From: Intoshia linei
Taxonomy: Eukaryota; Animalia; Orthonectida
Direction of reading: 5' to 3'
DNA length: 64,000 nt
Assembly (NCBI GenBank): GCA_001642005.1
Contig: LWCA01000050.1
Location: 1-64,000 of the forward strand
In this document: piece after piece, positions 14,119-24,976 of the stretch
Numbering within the stretch: the first letter of the stretch is position 1
Layout: every line of letters begins with the position of its first letter
Notes under the pieces: model-generated
Database searches by the model: none
What the model was told of the DNA's origin: nothing
Seen by the model: only the letters and a program-made list of their open reading frames with translations
Made by a program: the position numbers and the translations under genes

Positions 14119-15110
14119 TACACTATATTATTTTACTCCATTAATCCCGTTTTCTCTAGAGATCTTCGTTCCAGACTTCTTTTACATTTTAAATACTTTC
14201 TAGAAGGTAATGGTGAAGAATTTTACCAGATTAAATGTATAGTACGATTATAATCGTACTGATAATTATTTTTTCTGATAATTATCCTTTTTATTCACAT
14301 TTATTAGCATAAATGGGTTATTTAAATTTCATTGTATTTACGAAACATATGCGTTTATTTTCTATTCACAAAATGATCCAAATATTAACTCTCGCGTCTG
14401 GTGTGATTATAAAAGTCAAATAATTACTCAACTTTACGAATTTCATCATTATTTACAGTTAATTGAAGTAAAAATACATTAAAATGTTTAGATAACTATG
14501 TAAAATGATAAAATAAACAAAAATTCTTTATTTTGGGTATACATTTTAAAAAGTGCTCTCCTCGTGCAACTGTGGATGAATTCGAAATTCAATTGTATTA
14601 TTCTCATATATTTTAAGTACGAATACCATCCTGCCTACCGGTAAGGAGAAATTTTACTAGAAATATATTTACTTGAAATCCTAATGTAAATTGTACAAAT
14701 GTACTAAGCTATATTAGACATTATTTTATTTGTCATGTAACATGTATTGCATTTTTATTGTCTCAAAGTGCACTGCAGTGATTAATACTAATTATAAGAA
14801 TAATATAAATGGTTTAATTCCTTTAATCTATATTAGTTATCATCACAATAAAAGCGATAATTAACACAGTGTCTTATTTCATACACTGTGGCGTCACAAT
14901 ATTAATACACAATAAAATTATTAATAAATTGGTCAAAATTATTATCAATGTGTAAACTTTATTAAAATTTTATATCATTTGTTTGTAATGCCGAATTTAT
15001 TAGAAATTAAATAGATTTGATTTAAGGCTTTTAAATATTTTTGTTTATACAAATATTTGTGAAACAAATTCATTTTAATAATTTAATCGGATTAAATTGT
15101 GAATTTAAGA

Positions 15111-15663
15111 ATGAAAAATTCTCGCGACATAAAAAACCTTATTGAACGATATAGAGTCTATAAACTAAACCAAAAATTCAGTGCCATGCAAAAACTTTTA
15201 CCCCAAAGGTATTTTACATTACGCTAGTTATAACGACTTTGAATTACTGTACATTAATTTTAGATATTTTAAGAAAAAAATTACGAAAAGTATCATTTTA
15301 AATTCGGCCATTCAATACATAAGGGAAATGACTACTAATTTACGTGATTATAATTGTAATAAACACCAATATCAAAAAATAAATAATGCTTCTAATCACT
15401 TTAAATATTCAAAACATGCATACTACAATTGTGAATACAAGAATAAAATTCACTCAAACGATTCAGTCAAACAGAGTAAAATAAACTCGGTTATTTCCGA
15501 ACCTAACCATAGATGGCACAATTTGAAATATTTAATTGACAATTCAATTTTCAATAGACAAAAAGTGGCCGATTTAGATTTGAAAATTAAAAAAGGGGAC
15601 ATTTACAATCATGAAAAGTTATTGACAAGCAATTCAAATTTTTTTAATAATGTATTTAAATAA
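15111..15663 (+). CDS. bHLH transcription factor (group A-like), exons 15111-15208 and 15264-15663 (165 aa); 3' end may splice further
   Basis: Removing a 55-bp GT-AG intron gives SRDIKNLIERYRVYKLNQKFSAMQKLLPQRYFKKKITKSIILNSAIQYIREM, a basic-helix-loop-helix pattern. Confidence 0.8.
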
Positions 15664-16228
15664 AATATATATGTACGTGTCAAGTCATATTGCTTATCTT
15701 TTATTTTGCCAAAATGAATCGTTTTATTGGATAAATAGTGATTATATACTGTAAAAGTTTATTTTATTTTTATTGATCACGATATACTATCATATTTCAT
15801 TGATGCAAAAAGATAATGTTAATCTTTAAATTTAAAAAACACTAGATGAATATTATGTTCAAATTATTTAGCAAATCATTAAAATATCATTAATTTTGTT
15901 TTATTTACTCTAAATTTTATTGTACTGGGAAAAGAATACAATAAAAAGAGTTTATTACCGATCATAGTATAATAACGTTTAACCGTGACAAAAATCAGTT
16001 AAACGTCTGTGAATACCCGCCAGCCGTCTATCATTAGAATTAACAACTATATGACGCATTTAAACAATAGATTATAAAGAAGATTTTATTATTTTCATTA
16101 AATAATTACAACTTTTCACAGATTAAGAATCAATACTATTCAAATAGTTAGTCTAATGATATGATTAATACAATCTCATTTGTCAGTATATGTGATGATT
16201 TATACATTTGTTCATTTTCATTTCTGCA

Positions 16229-18354
16229 ATGTATAACCAAAAGTCACCACCTTACATGAAGACTAATAATGCATCGGTGTTAATAACAGAACTACCTAAA
16301 CACTGGCGATATAATAAGTCTTTGCCATTCACTTTTGCAGTTCTCGTTCATTGTCCAATACAACAAGGAACTTTAGTAATTTTAACAGAATGATTTTTTT
16401 TTAATAATTTTATCCAATTAATTGTATTTTATTTAGGTTGTTATTTCAGCCGGAAATGATAAAAATCCGCATGCTTTTTTGAGAAATTGTAGATCTTTAA
16501 TTACGGTAAATTATATTCATCAAATATACTTATGTGATATACCCAGTGTCACGTCAATTCGAACGTTACATCAAATTTACATTTTTCATCATTGAAGTGA
16601 TGTATGATAGTGCATGTAATATATAACATAGTGTAAGTGAATCCGTAGCCGACCCCTTTTCTCGATGAAATTAAATATTAAATATTTTACACCGGAAAAA
16701 AGACACTTAAAATTTGTGTATTATAAATTTCTGGGATTGTCAGTTTTCTAAATAAATGGCTACAAACACAATGAACTATTATCAAATATCAGGTCACTTT
16801 AGATATAATAAAAGTTTTCTGGAAAAACTGTGCATTAATAATGTATTATTATTAAATAATACGATGTAGATATTAAGATTCGTGTGTATTTCTCCTGTCG
16901 GTTAGATAATTATCTAATATTTTTTTATTATAATTCATTATTTTTTACATTTAAACTATTTGAAGTACTACTTGAATTGTGTTTTGCCTGTTTTTACGAT
17001 TATCTTCATAAATCATGATTCATGATGTATTAAAGACTAAATACAATTATGAAATAATTTATAATATTCAATAAATAATTTATTTTAATTCTAATTGTTT
17101 TAGTTGCTCATTTTTTTCTAAATCAGGGCTTATTAGGGTGACCATTGGTCAGATAAAACAATTACAATCAATTTTAGTTTACTTAAAGTTAAATTTAAAG
17201 TAAAAATAATATAGATAATTCTCTCTCCAATTTGTCATTATATGTATTTTCATAGTTTTGTTATATATTTTTTAATTTTCAGTTTAGAATAACGTTGCAA
17301 CATTTAACGACTTACGGTTTGTTGGGCGAAGTGGAAGAGGTACATTAATATTGCATATAAAGTAGGTTGTCAGTAGAGCGTTAGGAGGAGCTAGAGATCT
17401 GTAGCGGATCTAGGTGGGGTGCAGAAGCGGTCTTTTTTTTCTGGATTTTGAAAAACACAAATTCTAATAGATTTTTTCAAGCTTAATCGTCAATTCATCA
17501 ATTTTATTATTTGAGAATTACATTTTCACGGTCACAATTCCAATTACCTATTATTTTTAAAAATGAAAAAATTGACATGAGATTGACATTTAAATTTCGA
17601 TAAAAACGAAATTTTTGTTGACTGGAATATAATTCTTCAAAATTGGTCGTTTTAAAAAATTTAAATTGTCGAAATGTTAATTGTTAAAATGACTATATGG
17701 AATTATGCATAATTTGCCAAAAATTTTTTAGGGTTCAACGGCTTTTTCAGTAGTTTAATAAAATTACAATTTCAGATTGCATTTTTTCGAAAAAAATAAA
17801 AACCTCACTTTCTTGAGAATAAGCTCTAATTCAGATATCAAGTTTTTTATTATTTGATATCATGAAACACATTAAATATTAATATTTAGGAAAATTTTTC
17901 GATATTAAAATTGAAATATTTTGCAAGCCAATGATGATAGCTCAATGTTACAATGTCATAAAAATAACTGTAGATGGTCCAAGAGAACCGAGAGGACGTT
18001 TGATTCGACAAAACACTGGTATAAAGTGAATTTTTTAACAATTAAAAAAATATTTATAGAATTATATGCATCTTATTTACGATACATGTATTTTGTAAAT
18101 AAATACAACATAGTTTATAATTCAAATGAAATAAATCACACATTTTTATCGACATCACCGCTAAAAAATTTGAAAATATTATATACACAGCCTGCCTGTT
18201 TTCATGAAAATTGTTCGAAAGAAACTGACAACATTGTAAACAAGGAAAAATCAGGTAATTTATGATTTTAATTAAAATTTAATATAAAAATTTAGAAAAT
18301 TTAAAAAAAATTGAAAAAAACCAGAAATCAAAAATATGGCGACCTTATATATAA
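16229..18354 (+). CDS. runx: Runt-domain transcription factor (Runx), 216 aa; exons 16229-16375, 16437-16505, 17288-17339, 17890-18018, 18060-18254, 18296-18354
   Basis: LPKHWRYNKSLP, SAGNDKN, FNDLRFVGRSGRGK, KITVDGPREPR and C-terminal WRPY; all GT-AG introns, total 651 nt in frame. Confidence 0.93.
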
Positions 18355-18460
18355 TATTATATAACTCCATGATTATTGCAAATAATAATAAAATAACACA
18401 ATTTTAGTAATTTAATAAATGCATGAATTGTAAAATATTGTAAAAATATGTTTAGTAACG

Positions 18461-21400
18461 TTAATCATTTCCATTCAAATGGTTATGCCCATTGGTTCGT
18501 TGAGACGGTACTGATTTTCGTTTAAAAAGGTATTCAAAATGACAAGTATTTTTTTTTATAGTATCGACCACAATTTGAGGTAAATTAACAATTGCTTTGC
18601 TTGATTTTTCAAAAGATTTTGAAATGACCTTTGATTTTAGCACTTCACCGAACCAAGGGTTCCAACTACCGAAAATGTCCTTGTTTATATTATAGTCTGC
18701 ATTCAAATTGTGATTATCGCCATTTTGAGTGCTTTTTTCGTTAATTGATTTCCAATTCAACATATCTTCTGTAAATTTAATATCGGTAGCCATGCAGTAC
18801 ATTTTTAAAATTTGTTCTATTTCATGGTTTAGTTTATGGTGTAACTAAAATTACCTGTATCTTGAATCAAATCGTCTGCATCAATAATCAGCGGCTTCTT
18901 ACCAGATTTTTTTTCTATAAATTTGTACAAGTTTACCAATTGTTTGTATCCTACTTCAGATGGATTGAAATTTGTCCAACCTTAATAATAATTAATTAAT
19001 TTCAAACCATTCTAGAGATGATATAAATCTAATGCTAGTTTTTAATGCAAGCCTGTTTTTTCCTGGTTTGTAGACATTCTATATAATGATGGAATTGTTT
19101 TTGATGGATTTCGGATAATAAACGTGTGTTCAAAATTGTTTGGCAAATTTTTTGATAATGTTTCATCGTCCAAGTTTTTACCCAAGCAATAAGCCATTTC
19201 TTTCGAAAATATAACCTTTGCATCTATACATTTATAGATATTCATTTTTACTCTATGCCTTTATTTTCTTCCACTGTTTTATCGTACATTTCTTTTATAT
19301 CAGAAAATTTGCAATTTGATTTTTCTTCCAAATCGCTGTAACGATTGCTTATTCTTTCTTCACCGAAATAATATGCATCCGAAAAAGGTTCCAGCAATAC
19401 CTATAATAGAAAATTAAAATGAAAGTAAAAAATGATATTTCGGTAATGATAATAATTACGTCTAATTAACGCCATCTAATTTAATATCTTTTTCTATTAG
19501 GTATTTCTATTTTTTAAATGTAAAGATAATGATTTTCAAACGCGTCCGAGAATATGCTTTTTTTTAATTTTAGGGTTGGTTTTATTTTTAAAATAAGGTA
19601 AAATTGGGTTTTTCATGCTGAATGGCTCAATTTAAGAAAATAAAATTTGCGATGCTGCATCACTCTTGAAAAACTGTATTACCAATTGGGTTATTTTAAA
19701 TAAACGATAGCACACGCACATAACATTTTATACAAGTAAAATATGTAATATATATATATTTTGTTTGGGATCCACATGTTATTTTTAATACCATCGTAGG
19801 TCCACAGTAAAAAAGGGTTAAGAAGCCTGCCTTATACAACATTTTTGACATTCATTTATACTTATTGGCTCTAATCCATTAAAGAATCGTCCTTGAAATT
19901 AAAAATTCTGCCCTCGGCAGAGCTAGCTGCAGTTTGTAAAATAATATTTAATTTTATTTATGTTTATTTTTAATACAATAATGATTTTCAACAAAAAATA
20001 AAGCACAATTTCATTTAAAATTAACCTTTTTTATTACTATACATTTAAGATGTACGGTAGTAGTAGTGCGTCGTACTACCGTCTAAAATTATTTTATTAT
20101 TCAAATATACCAAAAAAAAGAACACCCAATGATAACAAAAAATTGATTATAAAAATTGAAACAGCTAACCAATACATTAAAAAATTTTTTATTATTTTTA
20201 ATGTCATCTGTGTAATAAAAATGTCATATAGATAAGTTGCTACTACTAAACCTTTTAATGTTTATATTAAAATAAATGAAATCGATTTAAAAAGAGTTGA
20301 TGTTTAAGTTAAAAGAATTGATATTAAATTTAAACTCATATGAAATTCACATTTGAATATAATTATACGAAACAAAATTAATTAAAATAATACTAAAATT
20401 AAAATTCTATTACGTTTAATAGTGGAGATAAACTATTATCTTGCGTTATAATCCATTAATAAATCTTCACCATTAATACAGGAGATGAAATGCTTTTGTA
20501 TATGGACAATGTCCATTGGACATATGTACTCATGCATAGTAGAGGAGTTATTTTTGGAATAGCATCATCGATTGCAGCTTCCAGATACCTTAACCTATGT
20601 TCCTTTTGAGTGATGCCATTAGCTGGAGGAGCCATCATTTCACTAAATTTTGCTGCCATTTACCTTTTCATTTTGGCTTTCATGACACTCCAACACTCCT
20701 CAATAGGATTTAATGGATCAATGTATCGAGCGGCACGCATTAAAGTCACACCCATCAATTCTAATAAATTAACCCGGTTTGACATATTGTATTTTACATA
20801 TATTTAATATCAATGTTATGTTGTTATAGAGTGAGCGAGTTATAATTTATACTTTATAATTTTGTATTAAACTTGAACATGAAATTGTCTTCGAAACTTG
20901 GAACATTACAATCAATTCTTTTAAATTAAACATCAACTCTTTTTAAATCGATTTCATTTATTTTAATTTAAACATTAAAAAGTGTAGTTTATTATTTTCA
21001 GAAATGTAAATAAATTAAATTTACGATAAATAGTTTATTAAACATACAATGTCTTTCAATTTTGATTTATTTTCAAATCATTAAATGTTTGTAAAATAAG
21101 GTCATGACTTTGAAATTATTTACATTTGAAGATGGTACTATTAAAAATGCAGTTTAATAATTACAATTCCTAATTTGGTCATTAATGTTCCACTAACTTA
21201 GTTTTTAATTATTCGAGAATATTAAAATTGTTAATTTCTCTTACAATTTTAAATTTAATTTTAATGACTAAAAAGTATATTTGTGTTATACTATTTGAAA
21301 TAGCAAACATTTTAGAGTAATATATTGTAGATATAAAGCATAATCTTTATTTGACATTTTTCCAATTTGTATGATATTTTATTAATCAATATAGTTACTC

Positions 21401-21920
21401 TTAGTATCATAAATTATTAAATTTAATCAAATTAGATGCGATATAATCCATTACATTGATTATTAAAAATTTATATGCCCTCGAAAGTCGTTTATTTTAA
21501 AATTAAAAAATTTATTATATAAAAATAAAAATATTAATATAAGTAAATACATAAGAGAATAATAAAAAATATTAGACTTTAAAAATTTTTGACATTATAC
21601 GCATCAGTTGTCGAAAGAATGTATTTAATCTCAAGTTTATGTTAACTATTCCCGGATATTTTTATTGCAATTATTGATCTGAACGTTACACTTCACGTTA
21701 ACATGATATTCAATGCATTTGTAAAACAATGTGCTAAATATTCACATTCGACATATTAAGTCATTTTTATTAATTTGCAAATACAAATTGTACTGTCTAA
21801 ATTGTTAAAATAAAATACCTTGACATTTTCAGCGTTCATAATTGATCGAAACATGGCAGTAGAAACGCTACGAGGAACTGCCCACAGTATAATTCTTTTT
21901 TGGTTAGGTATTTCGGTCAT
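18461..21920 (-). CDS. Sulfotransferase-like P-loop protein (family usually annotated as branched-chain aminotransferase-like, N-terminal domain only), 298 aa; exons 21920-21819, 19400-19259, 19223-19053, 18980-18855, 18816-18461
   Basis: IILWAVPRSVSTAMFRS, EPFSDAYYFGEERIS, FSKEMAY, HTFIIRNPSKTIPSLYR, IIDADDL, MLNW motifs; the frame requires two GC-AG introns. Confidence 0.82.
20246..20987 (-). mobile_element. Internally deleted IS630/Tc1-superfamily element retaining the transposase C-terminus
   Basis: About 75-bp TIRs (20246-20322 and 20911-20987); translation PLNPIEECWSVMKAKMKR*...EHRLRYLEAAIDDAIPKITPLLC with an in-frame stop. Confidence 0.8.
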
Positions 21921-23351
21921 TTTTATCTTAAATTGTAAAAATATAAATGCACGTGCAAATAGAATACAAACTAATTCATGTTGACAAAACTTAGATTAAT
22001 ATAAAAACCATACTTTTTTAATTTCCTTTAAGAAAAATTTTGAATATTAAAACATTATACTTAATAAAAACTTAATTTTCCCTAATTTTGATTAAATTCC
22101 TAATGAATAATTACAATATTTATATTTTAAAATTACCTTGTATTATTTTTGAAATTTAAATATTAAAAATGGATCAATCCCTACAATATAAGTTCGGAAT
22201 GAATATTATGTGGACCATTATTCTTAACATTAATTGTTAAAAGTTACTAGGACAATACAATATTAAATTGTAAAAGGTTGTATGAAATATTCACACAAAT
22301 AGGCGTGTAGCTATAACTCTAGCAGTACGACTGGTATATTAGATTTTACATCAATTAAACATTTAGAATATTTACGACTATTCAATACTGAAATTATAAA
22401 TTAAATAGAATTATATTAAATTAAATGTGCACATTACTTATAATATTAATTAACGGTTAAAATTATAAAATGAAACCTGTCCCGGATCATTACTGAATAT
22501 GCATAAAACCATAATTACGAGATGAAAAAAGTATAGATAACTGAAAGTTAATATTGAATCAATATAAAAATTAATAAATGCTATATAACAGTACAAATAA
22601 TTTACAATTGCAAAAAATAATATTTAAAAATACACACTAAAATATACTACGTCCACCTTATAATGTATTGATTTGTAATATTTGTTCTAAATTTGCAATT
22701 TATCGAATTGATGGCTCAAAATAATTACCATAATTAAATTATAATCCAAATTACAAATACAGACTGAACTAATACTTAAAATTCAAATAAAAGTAATTAT
22801 ATCAGAAAATTATAATACTAATCCAATTATACATACATGTATAATGACATTATTCTATTTTTAGTACTTATTTTGGCACCATTTTTTCTGATACGCAAAA
22901 AAGATTGGGAACCACTTAGATACGAACCTAAAAATATAAGTTAAAATTATCTAAAAATCAAAAGTAGAACTTTATAATTATTTCGCAACGATGCGTAATG
23001 CCATATACATATTTAGCTCTAGCTACTTTTCACGATTCTGGGCTTAAATGTTTCATTTGGTTAATAAAATAGTTGATATAATTGGATTCTTCTAAATACA
23101 GTTGTTTAAAATCGAATTTTTTAAACACAAAAATATTACTTGAGTGAATTATTCATTGAGGAAATTTGCATAAAATCAAAGAAATATAACTGAGATTGTT
23201 TCGATTGAAATATACATTTTTATGTATATTTTTATTATATTAGAAAAATAAATTATATAAAATCACAATCTAAAGACAAATAACGTTTTTGTATAAACGA
23301 ACAACAATAACAATAATAGCATTTTGAAGACCACTTAACATTGGTATATAC

Positions 23352-24422
23352 TAGGGGTTCTCAACCTTTTTCAACCAACGCCTTTATTACACCATAATTT
23401 ATAAATTTCAAAATCAACACCCCCATCATAAAATAAACTAGAATTTTTATAAAATCAACAATGGAAAAAAAAGGTAAATAATACTAAGTATAAATTAAAA
23501 AAAAACACAATTAATGTAGGACATTTAATTGTGGAGATAATTGAAGGGTAAATTATAAAAAAAAATTGATAAAAATTTTTTATTTATTTCCATGTGATCC
23601 TTGCGCCTGGTGATTGAGGACCAACTGTTTAATTCTTGGTTTTATTCTCGTTAATTTCATAACAATATCACTTATTTGAAAAATATTAATTTTGTTTCTA
23701 TCTTTAGTCAATATTTTATTAACAGAACTGAATCCACTTTCAACGATGTAAGAGGTTGGAAAACACAATAATATCCTTGACATTTCTGAATGCATCAGTG
23801 GATAAAGTGATTTTGAAGGCTCACATCCCCACAATAAAAAATTTCCACCTTTCTTAAAACGGTACTTGGCTTCTTCGTCGCATTGCAATTCTATTAATTC
23901 TTCAACAACTGTACAGTGGGCATCATTAATGTTGCAGTTAAATGGATCTATCATCCATGAATGAATTTGTAAATTAAATAAATCCTTGAATCTAGCCTCA
24001 AAATCTTCTTTTAATGTTGTCAAATGATGGCAATAATGCAATATGTCTTCATCAGATATGGAATTTTGTATATCCGGCATATTATCAAAATTCCTATCTC
24101 TCATATTTCTGCGAAAAACTATAATTTTTTCCTTGAATGCTTTTAGAACAAGTTTAAAGTCTATTAATGTGATAAGTGTCCCTTGTAAACGCAAGGTAAC
24201 ATCATTTAATTTACCAAAAATAAAAGACAAATAATATATATTGTTCCTATTCAATTTAATTTGTTCGAATAATTTTTTATCTCCCTCTCTTTTAAAAAAT
24301 TCTGACTGAATGTCGACAATATGAAAAACAACATATTTGAAATTTTTAATATTATTTCCAGCGCCCCCTAAATTTTGAAAACGCCCCATGGAGGGCGCTA
24401 CCGCCCACGTTGAGAACCACTG
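23352..24422 (-). mobile_element. hAT (Buster/Charlie-like) deletion derivative with an open 269-aa C-terminal transposase ORF (24389-23580)
   Basis: TIRs TAGGGGTTCTCAAC / GTTGAGAACCACTG; perfect 8-bp TSD GTATATAC (23344-51, 24423-30); dimerisation motif LLCFPTSYIVESGFS and the Buster-type C-terminus HQAQGSH. Confidence 0.93.
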
Positions 24423-24561
24423 GTATATACTATATCACATCGAATAACTCTAATTTTTACAATTATAAAGACCCACATATAACCTGTGGTTTTTGTCTCT
24501 AAGATATACAAAATCAGGGTTTAACATTATTACTTATTTGTAATTTATAGCATTAACGTGC

Positions 24562-24910
24562 ACATTAGGGTGTCACATTTATTGGAAAATTTTAGAATTC
24601 GATGGGCAATTAGCACTAAAAGTGTGTATTTTTAAAATAGAAAAAATAATTCGCAATCAAAAACATTTAACGCTATCTATTCGAGTTGCGTTTGTCATTT
24701 TAAATATTACGGTATATATATAATATTATGGATACATTAAAACTGAACTTTATTTTAACGGGAATTGGCATTTGAACCTTTAAACGTGGTACCGACTTTA
24801 TAATATTGTTCTTCATGTTTAGTTATACAGTTTATTTTTTTAAATTTGTTTCTAACTCAATTTTTTTGAATTTTATTAACGATTTAATTTCTCGAATTCT
24901 AACAATTTAT
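24562..24910. repeat. Dispersed repeat, inverted copy of 6745-7100
   Basis: Direct sequence match to the reverse complement of 6745-7100; begins TTAGGGTGTCACAT. Confidence 0.8.
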
Positions 24911-24976
24911 ATTATTTAAATTGTATTCAATGCATACATAATCTACAAATACCGGTACATTTATTGTATAAAAAGA

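Noticed and set aside
14864-14890. Hairpin CACAGTGT...ACACTGTG as a miRNA or other ncRNA
   Set aside because: Stem is only 8 bp, too short for a pre-miRNA, and no other ncRNA hallmarks
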